Virus record (IMG/VR): IMGVR_UViG_3300029305_005184
Direction: 5' to 3' (one strand)
DNA from: an uncultured virus (IMG/VR IMGVR_UViG_3300029305_005184)
Taxonomy: Duplodnaviria > Heunggongvirae > Uroviricota > Caudoviricetes
DNA length: 64,000 nucleotides
The translations under genes and the position numbers were made by a program. The notes under the pieces were generated by a model. The model was given only the letters and a program-made list of their open reading frames with translations. It made no database searches and was not told the DNA's origin. Position 1 is the first letter of the stretch; each line of letters begins with the position of its first letter. Below are positions 37,413 through 46,251 of the stretch, in pieces.

Positions 37413-37437
37413 CAATGCCCCATAATGGGGCTATAAT
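37409..37437 (+). promoter_or_regulatory. sigmaA promoter with embedded operator (copy 5)
   Basis: TTGACA-ATGCCCCATAATGGGGC-TATAAT. Confidence 0.88.
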
Positions 37438-37480
37438 ATAAATACAAGCCGCATTTCAGGACACACGAAAGGATGATACG

Positions 37481-37843
37481 ATGAATATATGGCTTGACCT
37501 TGCAATTTCCATTCTGCTGATTATCGCCGGTCTTGCCGGGCTGATCTCCACGCGCTTTATGGCAAAGCGATTTGATGAATTTAACGCCATTTGTCGAATG
37601 ACTCCCCATCGACTGCACATTGAGCTTACGCGCTGCGTTGGCGCGATCATCGTATGCGCAGAAAAGGGCGACAGGCGCGCGGTACGCTACGCAAGGCGCA
37701 GAATCCGTCTTTACAGCAAGGCGCTGACCGTGAGCAATAACAGACAGCGAGAAGCAGCAAGGCTACGCCGCATACGCAGGCATATCTACTTCGCTCCTGT
37801 TCCGCACGGCGCGACGATTGCAAAAGGGGTGACGACGATATGA
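37481..37843 (+). CDS. membrane-anchored basic protein
   Basis: N-terminal TM segment; AAAGGA RBS. Confidence 0.6.
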   Translation: MNIWLDLAISILLIIAGLAGLISTRFMAKRFDEFNAICRMTPHRLHIELTRCVGAIIVCAEKGDRRAVRYARRRIRLYSKALTVSNNRQREAARLRRIRRHIYFAPVPHGATIAKGVTTI

Positions 37844-37915
37844 AAAGATGGCCGTGATGATTCCAAGTATAGTTCCAATTTTTCTCTGCAAAAATGCAAA
37901 TATGGAGGTATCAAC

Positions 37916-38488
37916 ATGAAAATCCGAGCAAAACACCTGCTGATCCTGGCGATCCTAATTGCCATTGTGTTCACCATGACGGCTTGCGGCGATGTGGCCG
38001 TAAGCGGCTCTTATGAGGACATGGACAACACCATTGAAAACGCCAATCGCCTGCAAAGCAATCAGCCGACGCCACAGGACATCAATTATTCGCTGGAACG
38101 CTACAACCTGATCCGCCGCGCATACTGGGTGAACGGTCAGCGCGAAAAGGCTGCGGCCGTGATCTGCCCCGTGGAAGTGCCGCTGAGCTACATCACCCTT
38201 TTTACCGAAAACGGCGCGGTGGTTGGTTCCTTTGTGGTGGATGGCAAGGTATCTTCCCTGAATAGTTTCCTAACCCCGGACAGCGAATATTATGAGTACA
38301 GCCGCGGTGAATACACCATGCGAAACAACTGGATTGCCGATGTAGACGGCAGCTACGGAGAAAATGACGCAGGCATATTCTTTTTTGATCCTGCCGGACA
38401 TTATTGGGAATGGACAGGAACCTATCTCTATTCCGATGTACCCATTGAGATTGAAAGCCCTGTGATTACATACAGCACAGCGAATTGA
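37916..38488 (+). CDS. putative lipoprotein
   Basis: Signal peptide with lipobox MTA-C; GGAGG RBS. Confidence 0.75.
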   Translation: MKIRAKHLLILAILIAIVFTMTACGDVAVSGSYEDMDNTIENANRLQSNQPTPQDINYSLERYNLIRRAYWVNGQREKAAAVICPVEVPLSYITLFTENGAVVGSFVVDGKVSSLNSFLTPDSEYYEYSRGEYTMRNNWIADVDGSYGENDAGIFFFDPAGHYWEWTGTYLYSDVPIEIESPVITYSTAN

Positions 38489-38498
38489 GGGAAACGGC

Positions 38499-38903
38499 AT
38501 GAGAAGACAAAGCAGAAACGGCTGCTATGCAGGCTGCCTGACAGTTATCATTGTGGCGATACTGATTGCGGTGATCTTTGCGATGGTGATTCCGTCCATT
38601 CGCGCATCCTTCAACGAATGGGGATTCGCACTTCAGAAAGTGGACGATCAGACCACCTACGCCACCCGAAAACAGGTTGAAGACACCTGCCGCGCCATGA
38701 TCGCAAGCTACAAGGCGGATGTATTGCGCTACGAACAGTATATAGTCAGCGGCGATCCTGAGCAGAAAAATTGGGGTGAACAGGCCAAGATGCGCGCTAA
38801 CAGTACCGCCGTAAAATACAACGAATACATTCTGAAAAACAGCTTCGTTTTTGAGAACAATATCCCTTCCGACATTCAGCAGGAGCTCGTCTATATCGAA
38901 TAG
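38499..38903 (+). CDS. membrane-anchored protein
   Basis: N-terminal TM; ANSTAVKYNEY. Confidence 0.7.
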   Translation: MRRQSRNGCYAGCLTVIIVAILIAVIFAMVIPSIRASFNEWGFALQKVDDQTTYATRKQVEDTCRAMIASYKADVLRYEQYIVSGDPEQKNWGEQAKMRANSTAVKYNEYILKNSFVFENNIPSDIQQELVYIE

Positions 38904-39501
38904 CGAGCTTTATGCCTTTATACAAAAGCACATGAAAAACAGCATAATTCTGTACATCAGCCCGGACGGAACCATTCAAAGCAGCTGCCCTGAAAGGAAA
39001 TTCGCCGGGATCGGCGACTATCCGGGCTATTTTGCCGACAGCGACGGCAATATCTACCGTTCAACAGACAGTGAGATTATCAACGGCCTACGCGTGTGCT
39101 GCGCAGAGCCGATCAGAAAACATCAAAACGGCGGATATGAGACCGTCAGCATGATTCGCAGGGATTTTGAACGTGTAACGGTAAATGTTCACACCATCAT
39201 CTGCGCGACATTTCACGGGCTGCCGCCTGCGCCTGGCCTTCAGGTACGCCACCTGAATGGGAACGGGCTTTGCAACCGGGAGGACAACCTGGCATACGGT
39301 ACTGCCCGACAGAACTGGAACGACAAATACGCATGCGGAACGGCAACCTGCGGGGAAAGAAACCCCATGTCCAAGCTGACCGATCTGCAGCGCATGGAAA
39401 TTATCTGCCTTTGGAAAAACGGCGCCAAGCAAACTGAGATAGCGCGAAGTTACGGGGTAACACAGAGCGCGATCAGCAAGATCATTCGCAAGGCGGTATG
39501 A
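38851..39501 (+). CDS. HNH endonuclease with C-terminal HTH
   Basis: YFADSDGNI, VHTII..TFHG, VRHLNGN..CN..DNLAYGT..N; start uncertain. Confidence 0.85.
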   Translation: MRTISLPTFSRSSSISNSELYAFIQKHMKNSIILYISPDGTIQSSCPERKFAGIGDYPGYFADSDGNIYRSTDSEIINGLRVCCAEPIRKHQNGGYETVSMIRRDFERVTVNVHTIICATFHGLPPAPGLQVRHLNGNGLCNREDNLAYGTARQNWNDKYACGTATCGERNPMSKLTDLQRMEIICLWKNGAKQTEIARSYGVTQSAISKIIRKAV

Positions 39502-39511
39502 GGAGGATATT

Positions 39512-39934
39512 TTGAACAAAGCAATTTTGATTGGCAATCTCGCCAACGATGTGGAAACCCGAACCACGACCAGCGGCAAGATGGTTGCTCAATTCCGGCT
39601 TGCCACTCAACGACGGTACACAAACGCACAAGGTGTGCGCGAAGCGGACTTTCACACGATTGTCTGCTGGGGAAAGACGGCGGAAAACTGCACACGCTAT
39701 ATTCACAAAGGAAGCAAAGTGAGTGTAGAAGGATCTATTCAATACAGATCATACGATGCCCAGGATGGCTCCAAGCGCTATGTGACGGAAATCATGGCTG
39801 AAAACGTTGAATTTCTGAGCAGTGCCAAAAGTGACGATCAATCCGGATTCGTTCCACAGCAAAACGCCCCCCGGCAGGCCGCACCCAATAACGGCGGCTT
39901 CATGGAGGTGGACGACGATGAACTGCCCTTCTGA
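39512..39934 (+). CDS. ssb: single-stranded DNA-binding protein
   Basis: MNKAILIGNL...KGSKVSVEG..YVTEI; acidic tail DDDELPF. Confidence 0.95.
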   Translation: MNKAILIGNLANDVETRTTTSGKMVAQFRLATQRRYTNAQGVREADFHTIVCWGKTAENCTRYIHKGSKVSVEGSIQYRSYDAQDGSKRYVTEIMAENVEFLSSAKSDDQSGFVPQQNAPRQAAPNNGGFMEVDDDELPF

Positions 39935-40689
39935 TGCAGAACAAGACGTGGACGCAGGATGAGATTGACTACCTGTGCGAGAAATGGGGCGTGCAATCCG
40001 GGACGTCTATAGCAAAACATCTCGGAAGGAGCGTCAATGCGGTAAAGGTTAAAGTACAAAGGCTGCATCTGGGCGCATTCAGCGCAGGTGGAGGCTACGT
40101 TTCTTTATTTGAACTTATGCAGGCAATCGGCGGAAAACGGCACAGTCATCGCTACAGCCTGACGCGATTGATCGAAGCCGGATTGCCTTACCGAAAAAAG
40201 AAGATATGGGATCAAAGTATCAAGGTTATATCCATTGACGATTTTTGGAAATGGGCTCAGAAGCATCAGAAATTGCTCGATTTTTCCCACTTTGAAGAAG
40301 GGGCGCTCGGCGCGGAACCTGCATGGGTCAGAAAGAAACGGCGCATAGATACCGCTTGCACGATACCTAAGCGAAAATGGACACCGGAGGAAGACGACCA
40401 CCTGAAAGCCATGCTTCGGGAACATCGATACAACTTCAAGCAGCTTGCCGCCGCGCTGAACAGATCAGAACCGGCAATCAAAAGGCGAATCTATGACTTG
40501 AAGCTGAAAGATTGGCCGGTTCGCCAAAAACCGCTCGATTGGACGGAAAAGGAAATCGAAATCCTGTGCCGCTTGATCGGCGAAGGTTATAGCTATGAAT
40601 ACGCAGCAAAAACGTTACATCGCACGGCAAGCGCGTGTCGCGGGAAATACGAGAACATTGTCAAAAAGAGGTCTGAGCATGTACAATGA
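39934..40689 (+). CDS. Myb/HTH-repeat DNA-binding protein
   Basis: Three W-T-x-[DEK]-E repeats, each followed by an A..L.R[ST] helix. Confidence 0.7.
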   Translation: MQNKTWTQDEIDYLCEKWGVQSGTSIAKHLGRSVNAVKVKVQRLHLGAFSAGGGYVSLFELMQAIGGKRHSHRYSLTRLIEAGLPYRKKKIWDQSIKVISIDDFWKWAQKHQKLLDFSHFEEGALGAEPAWVRKKRRIDTACTIPKRKWTPEEDDHLKAMLREHRYNFKQLAAALNRSEPAIKRRIYDLKLKDWPVRQKPLDWTEKEIEILCRLIGEGYSYEYAAKTLHRTASACRGKYENIVKKRSEHVQ

Positions 40690-41206
40690 AGACAGGCATT
40701 ATGCCAACCGCGTGCGCGGCAAAGTGAGCCGCGATCACGGAAATTTGTTTGAGGACATTATCAAGGCGGCTTGTGAATATTATGCCGAAATGGGCATAGC
40801 GGCCATTGAAAAGACTCCGGAGCCCATGCGCCCGCTTCGCCGCATGGATAACGGTCATTTTCTGGCCTGTTTTGAAAAAAAGGCGCAGCCCGATTTCAAA
40901 GGCACACTCAATGGCGGTGGCAGCGTGGTTTTTGAAGCCAAACACACCGACGGTGATCAGATCAAGCAAAGCGCGGTGACAGACGAACAGGCAAAACGCT
41001 TCATCCAGCACACTGCGCTGGGCGCGACCTGTTTCGTGCTGGTAAGCTTTTCCTATCGGGAATTCGCGCGCATTCCCTGGAAGGTATGGCGCGATATGAA
41101 GCGCATCTATGGCAGAAAATATATCACTATGGAAGAAGCGCGAAAATACAAAGTTTCCTTTACCGGCTCCAAGCTACTGTTTTTGGAGTATGCAGACGGT
41201 ATCTGA
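40679..41206 (+). CDS. recU: Holliday junction resolvase RecU-like
   Basis: G..FE..I, IEKTPEP, AQPDFKG, FEAKHT, Q. Confidence 0.85.
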   Translation: MYNEDRHYANRVRGKVSRDHGNLFEDIIKAACEYYAEMGIAAIEKTPEPMRPLRRMDNGHFLACFEKKAQPDFKGTLNGGGSVVFEAKHTDGDQIKQSAVTDEQAKRFIQHTALGATCFVLVSFSYREFARIPWKVWRDMKRIYGRKYITMEEARKYKVSFTGSKLLFLEYADGI

Positions 41207-41218
41207 TCTGAAGGAGGG

Positions 41219-41863
41219 TTGGTAATGACACCTGAACAAATCGCAAAAATCGCAGCTGAAGCAGGAGCTAAAGCGGCCATAGAAGCAATACGCGAATTCG
41301 GCGGAAGCTCCCTTCAGGAAACAATCAGTGACATTACCAAAGAGGCGGCAAAGGCCGGAGCTGAAGCGGTTAAACGCGAAAACAAGCTGATCGCCGCTCA
41401 GGAGCACGCGCGGACAAAAGACCGCCGCCTGAGAAACACCCGCCTGTTATTGAAAAACTATCGTTCTCTGAAATCCCACTGCGAACAGGCGGTGAGCGAA
41501 TTAAGCGAACTGGACGCGGACGACATGCAGCCAGGCATGATCTTTGAGATCATGAGCCGCGGATATTCCTCTGAAGAAGTATATATCGACGCGATTCGGC
41601 GCACTGCCGGGCGAACTGCGATCATGATCGGACATCTGGAAAGAATGCTGCACCTTTACGAGACGGCATGCGCCGCATCTGCCTTTGAAAGCGAAAGACG
41701 CCGCTGGCGAATACTGAAAGATAGATACCTCATGGAAAAACCCTTGCCGCTGAGCGAGATTGCAGACAGAGAACACATTCACAAACGAACCGCCGAGCGT
41801 GATCTGGACGCGGCCATCGAAAGCCTGTCCGCGCTGATATTCGGAATCGACGGAATAAGATAA
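41219..41863 (+). CDS. late transcription regulator (ArpU/RinA-like)
   Basis: RLRNTRLLLKNYR; C-terminal HTH (EIADREHIHKRTAERD); LIFGIDG; last gene before the late promoter. Confidence 0.7.
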   Translation: MVMTPEQIAKIAAEAGAKAAIEAIREFGGSSLQETISDITKEAAKAGAEAVKRENKLIAAQEHARTKDRRLRNTRLLLKNYRSLKSHCEQAVSELSELDADDMQPGMIFEIMSRGYSSEEVYIDAIRRTAGRTAIMIGHLERMLHLYETACAASAFESERRRWRILKDRYLMEKPLPLSEIADREHIHKRTAERDLDAAIESLSALIFGIDGIR

Positions 41864-41928
41864 ATAGTACCGCCACGCCAAAGCATGATCTGCGGCGCAG
41901 GCGGTATTTTTGCGCTAGATATTTCTTT

Positions 41929-42063
41929 GTGCGATATGTAAATCGCAGCATCAGCCGCACCGTTACGCTGCCGGCATGGCTCAACGCAATCGCACTGAAA
42001 CACAATGTCAACTTTTCGCAGGTGCTTCAGGATGCATTAAAAAAACTGTTCGATCTTGCATGA
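41929..42063 (+). pseudogene. orphan HicB C-terminal RHH fragment
   Basis: RTVTLPAWLNAIALKHNVNFSQVLQDALKK; no HicB N-domain, no hicA nearby, no clear RBS. Confidence 0.65.
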
Positions 42064-42109
42064 ATAAGGCGCAAAAAATAATGCCCCAAAACATGTCGCA
42101 AACTCGCCG

Positions 42110-42139
42110 TTGACGCGCCGTTTGGGGGCATGCTATAAT
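42110..42139 (+). promoter_or_regulatory. putative late promoter
   Basis: TTGACG-18 bp-TATAAT with extended TG; hairpin at ~42171-42204. Confidence 0.6.
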
Positions 42140-42224
42140 CTAAACTGTCAAAAATAGTAATTCAGACCGACAAAGCCTTTGCTTCAAAAAAGCGAAGGCT
42201 TTTTGCGTTGAGAAGGAGCGGAAT

Positions 42225-42902
42225 ATGAAAGAGATTGAGTGCAGCATCCGAATGATGGCGGTAGAAGAAGTACACCCATACGAAAACAACCCGCGCATCA
42301 ACAAAGACGCCGTAAAGGACGTGGCAACCAGCATTAAAAAGTACGGCTTCAAACAGCCCATCGTAATCGACAAGGACGGCGTGATTGTGGTAGGCCATAC
42401 GCGCTATCAAGCCGCCTTGCAGCTAGGCTACAAGAAAGTACCGTGCGTGGTGAGCGACCTTTCCGACAAGGAGAACAGTGAATACCGAATCGCGGACAAT
42501 AAGACCAACGAGGCATCCACATGGGATTTCGGAAAGTTGGATATTGAGAAGGAAATGAAGAAGCTGGACTTCAGCGAGTTCGACTTTGATATTCCCACCT
42601 TCGACATCGACGATCTGGACAATCTATTTACCCGCGCTGAGACCAAACAACCGCTGACGAGCTCGCCTCAGCCTGTCGCATCGGCGCCGATGCAGAGCGC
42701 GCCCGGTCAGATCGCACCGATGCAAAGCGCACCCGGCCAATCCTTGCCGATCTTCGACAGCGGCGCAGAACAGACAACATACGAGCCTTACCAACCCGGA
42801 AACAACGAACTTGCCGGATTCGGAACGCCGCCGGCCATGCGCACGGAACAGATTCAGTGTCCGCATTGCGGCCAGTGGATTGAACTGAATCGCGGCGTGT
42901 AA
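42225..42902 (+). CDS. ParB/Srx-like N-terminal domain protein
   Basis: PYENNPR.N, SIKKYGFKQPIVID, GHTRY.A, RIADNK; C-terminal CPHCG. Confidence 0.9.
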   Translation: MKEIECSIRMMAVEEVHPYENNPRINKDAVKDVATSIKKYGFKQPIVIDKDGVIVVGHTRYQAALQLGYKKVPCVVSDLSDKENSEYRIADNKTNEASTWDFGKLDIEKEMKKLDFSEFDFDIPTFDIDDLDNLFTRAETKQPLTSSPQPVASAPMQSAPGQIAPMQSAPGQSLPIFDSGAEQTTYEPYQPGNNELAGFGTPPAMRTEQIQCPHCGQWIELNRGV

Positions 42903-42910
42903 GCAAAAAA

Positions 42911-43735
42911 ATGAAGGTGTATCTGGCCGGTTGCGCATCTCGTAAATTGTTCATGCTCTACGATCAGCTGCGGGAGGATGAAGAGATGAAAGTGCATCTT
43001 GCAGGCGTTATGCCGTGGCGAAGCGAAGGAATCTATGACCCGATCATCGCGGAACATAAGCCGTATATCCTTGAATCATTTTACTATGTAAACGAGATCA
43101 CCACCAGGCAGATTCCCAATTTCGGGAGCTTCATGCTGGATAGCGGCGCGTTTACATTTTTGCAGAACAGGCAGAGCGGGAACATACTTTGGGAGGACTA
43201 CGTTGAAAGATACGCCCATTACATCAACGAAAACAAAGTCAAGCTCTACTTTGAACTGGACATAGACGGCGTAGTAGGTTATCCTGCCGTTCTTGATCTG
43301 AGGAAACGGCTTGAAGGGCTGACAGGAACACAATCCATCCCCGTCTGGCACAAGAGTCGTGGCATTCAGGAATTCAAGAAAATGTGCCATGAATATCCGT
43401 ATGTGGCGATTGGCGGATATGTGATCAAGGAATTATCGCAGAGCGATCTTGATTATTTTCCGATCATGATCGACTACGCCCACAAGTGCGGCGCAAAGAT
43501 TCACTGTCTGGGCTATACCAAGCTGAAAAACCTGCGCAAGCATCATTTTGACAGCGTAGACAGCACCACATGGACCAGCGGGAACCGATTCGGGTATTAC
43601 TACAAATTCGACGGCAAGACGATTGTTCGATTCGATAAGCCGGAAGGATACCGCATTGCGGATGCGAAACACTGCGCTGTTCACAACTTCATTGAATGGC
43701 TGAAATTTCAGAAATGGGCGGACACGCACCTTTGA
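42911..43735 (+). CDS. TGT/DpdA-like transglycosylase
   Basis: LDSGAF, ELD, IPVWH, AIGG, IHCLG, DSVDSTTW. Confidence 0.75.
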   Translation: MKVYLAGCASRKLFMLYDQLREDEEMKVHLAGVMPWRSEGIYDPIIAEHKPYILESFYYVNEITTRQIPNFGSFMLDSGAFTFLQNRQSGNILWEDYVERYAHYINENKVKLYFELDIDGVVGYPAVLDLRKRLEGLTGTQSIPVWHKSRGIQEFKKMCHEYPYVAIGGYVIKELSQSDLDYFPIMIDYAHKCGAKIHCLGYTKLKNLRKHHFDSVDSTTWTSGNRFGYYYKFDGKTIVRFDKPEGYRIADAKHCAVHNFIEWLKFQKWADTHL

Positions 43736-43746
43736 GGAGGAAAGAC

Positions 43747-44574
43747 ATGGGAACACAACGGGAAATTGTGTATCGGGTGGAAGATGGAATGAACCGGGAA
43801 AACATTCTCTGCACCACCTACCAGATGCGAAACTTTTACGATCAGTTCCGCGACGGTTATTTCACCAATCTGGACGTAATGAATTACATTCAGCACTATG
43901 CCGCCGCACAGATGGCAAAGAAAGGCGCAAACGTAGTGGATGTGTGCTGCGGAAGATCGCTCATGCTCCCTTTGCTGCGTTACTACGCGAAAGACATCGG
44001 CAGCTATACCGGCGTAGACATCTGCGAAAGCAATATCAAAGAGGCAATGCGCGGCGCGGTTAAGAAAAATCTGACGCCAAAGGAGATACCGGGCTATTAT
44101 CCATTCCGGGTTGCGTGGAAGATGTGCAATGTGGCGCAGATGACCAAAGTAATTCCCGAAGCCGTTGCGGATTTCGTAATCTACACATCGGCCATAGAAC
44201 ACATGCACAAGGACGATGGATATTCCAGCCTTGCAGAGTGCCACAAGATCATGAAAAAAGGCGCAAAGATGTTCCTTTCCTGCCCCAACACGCCGGGAAA
44301 CGGATATGACACCCAATATCGCGCCCATGTGTACGAATGGGGTTATAACGAGCTGAAAACTGCGCTTTATCAGCTGGGCTTCACCATCCGACAGGAAGTA
44401 GGCCTTGTAATGGGCGCACGTGAAATGAACGAGCATTACGCCCAGCAGAGCCCGGAAATACAGGCGTTCTACAACACCATGAAGGCTTACGTACCCACCG
44501 CATGGCTGACGGCCATGATGTCCATACCCTTCCCCAAAGCATCCAAAGAAGTACTTTTCATCTGTGAGAAATGA
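43747..44574 (+). CDS. class I SAM-dependent methyltransferase
   Basis: VVDVCCGRS, YTGVDI, SAIEHM, LSCPN, HVYEW; GAGGAGG RBS. Confidence 0.85.
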   Translation: MGTQREIVYRVEDGMNRENILCTTYQMRNFYDQFRDGYFTNLDVMNYIQHYAAAQMAKKGANVVDVCCGRSLMLPLLRYYAKDIGSYTGVDICESNIKEAMRGAVKKNLTPKEIPGYYPFRVAWKMCNVAQMTKVIPEAVADFVIYTSAIEHMHKDDGYSSLAECHKIMKKGAKMFLSCPNTPGNGYDTQYRAHVYEWGYNELKTALYQLGFTIRQEVGLVMGAREMNEHYAQQSPEIQAFYNTMKAYVPTAWLTAMMSIPFPKASKEVLFICEK

Positions 44575-44584
44575 GGATAACGCC

Positions 44585-45259
44585 ATGAAGAAAACCGAAA
44601 CCAATCTGAGAATCCTGATCGTAGCATTTGTAGCCTCTCTGATCGTAGCCAACGTGCTGGGCGCGAGAAGCATCCAAACCAATATGTCCATTGGCAATGT
44701 CGCGCTGGTGCTTTCCGGCGGCGCTCTGACCTACGCATTTACCTTTTTGTGTACCGACATCATCAGCGAAATTTGGGGCAAGAAGGAGGCTCAAGGCTGC
44801 GTCAAGTACGGCTTTATCGGCCAGATATTCGCAACCATGCTGATTGCGCTGACCGGCATGCTGCCGGCAGTGGATGCAGAGATCGACAACGCCTTCAAAT
44901 TGCTGCTGGGTCAGAATTGGGTGTTTGTAATCGGTTCGCTGTGCGCCTACTACGCAAGCCAGAGCTGGGACGTATACATCTTTCACCGAATCAAAAACGC
45001 CTATATCAAGCGTCACGGCGAATACACCGGCAAAGGTCGCTGGCTATGGAACAACATGAGCACTATGAGCAGCCAGATCATAGATACTGTGATCTACGCG
45101 ACCATTTCCTTTGGCATCGGCCTCGGTTGGCTGAAAACGCCTGAGATGCGGATGCAGCTGATCGGCATCATGATCGGTCAATACATCCTGAAATTCGCGC
45201 TGGCCGCACTGGACACCCCGATATTCTACCTCATGACACACAGAAACAAGGCAGAATGA
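44585..45259 (+). CDS. queuosine precursor transporter (YhhQ/QPTR, VUT family)
   Basis: Multi-TM; ANVL, FLCTDIISEIWG, GSL.AY..SQ.WDV.IF, WLWNN.ST..SQ.IDT, K..LA.LDTP. Confidence 0.88.
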   Translation: MKKTETNLRILIVAFVASLIVANVLGARSIQTNMSIGNVALVLSGGALTYAFTFLCTDIISEIWGKKEAQGCVKYGFIGQIFATMLIALTGMLPAVDAEIDNAFKLLLGQNWVFVIGSLCAYYASQSWDVYIFHRIKNAYIKRHGEYTGKGRWLWNNMSTMSSQIIDTVIYATISFGIGLGWLKTPEMRMQLIGIMIGQYILKFALAALDTPIFYLMTHRNKAE

Positions 45260-45402
45260 GCCAATATAATGCAGATCGAACAATGCATACAAACCTTTAG
45301 GCTGTATTCAATAAGCTACTATCAACCTTTTGTAGATAGTAATTTTTCTGCGCTGAAAAAATAGGAATCAACCAAACAAACGAGTTGGAGGGGGTGGCGA
45401 CA

Positions 45403-46251
45403 TTGCCGAGAGAAAGAGACCCTAAACGTGATGCTGCCTTGAAACTCTGGCTCGAAGCGGACGACAGGACATCGCTGAAGGATATAGCGGAAAAGCTGGA
45501 TGTCCCCCTTTCAAGGCTGAGAAACTGGAAACGCTACGACAACTGGAACGAGATCAAGGACAAGATACCCGGCTCCACGCGCAGGAAACAGGGCGCGCCC
45601 AAAGGCAACAAAAATGCCGAAGGCCACGGCGCACCCCCGGGAAACAAAAACGGCGTGGGTCACGGCGCGCCTTTGGACAATAAAAACAGCTTTATTCACG
45701 GCGCATTTGAGCGCTTTGCCTTTGAGTACATGGAGGATGACGAAAAGGAAGTTGCGCAGGAGACAGGCATTGACGATGTTGAGCAGGAGCTATTGAGAAC
45801 GCTTGCCTTTCTGAAAGCCCGGGAACTGCGCCTGATGAAGCGCATCAAGAAAATCCGCGATCTGGACATCAAGTACGACATGATGATTTCCAGTGTGAGC
45901 AAGGTGAAATCCGAAAAACGCACCGGCATATTCACGGAGGATGAAGACGGAAATCTGGTCAAAGAAGCGGGAACGGGCTTTTTCGACGGCGAACGGTTGG
46001 ATACAACGACCACGAATACCTCGTCGAAAGAGGATGCACTCAATCGGCTTGAAGCGGAGCTGGACAAGGTTCAGGGTCAAAAGATCAAGGTTCTTGCACA
46101 GCTTGACCGCATGAAGATGGACAGAGAACGGCTTGAAATTGAAAGGCTGAGAGCAAAAGGCGAATCCGAACAAAGCAAGCTGGCAAATGAATGGGTGGAG
46201 GCTCTGCTTGCAATTACCAGCGGCGCGGCGGAGGATGAAGATGATGAATAA
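45403..46251 (+). CDS. terS: terminase small subunit
   Basis: PRERDP.RD.A; HTH; GAPKGNKNA repeats; upstream of terL. Confidence 0.85.
   Translation: MPRERDPKRDAALKLWLEADDRTSLKDIAEKLDVPLSRLRNWKRYDNWNEIKDKIPGSTRRKQGAPKGNKNAEGHGAPPGNKNGVGHGAPLDNKNSFIHGAFERFAFEYMEDDEKEVAQETGIDDVEQELLRTLAFLKARELRLMKRIKKIRDLDIKYDMMISSVSKVKSEKRTGIFTEDEDGNLVKEAGTGFFDGERLDTTTTNTSSKEDALNRLEAELDKVQGQKIKVLAQLDRMKMDRERLEIERLRAKGESEQSKLANEWVEALLAITSGAAEDEDDE

Noticed and set aside
42110..42139. Sixth copy of the GCCCC operator promoter
   Set aside because: Only half-sites (ATGCCCC at ~42081, GGGGCAT at ~42125) with the wrong spacing
42140..42224. preQ1 riboswitch ahead of the deazaguanine cassette
   Set aside because: Only a simple AAAGCCTTTGCT/AGCGAAGGCTTT hairpin; I could not match a preQ1 aptamer consensus
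42681..42740. 30-bp tandem duplication in the ParB-like gene (APMQSAPGQ x2)
   Set aside because: In a low-complexity linker; no sign of a separate function
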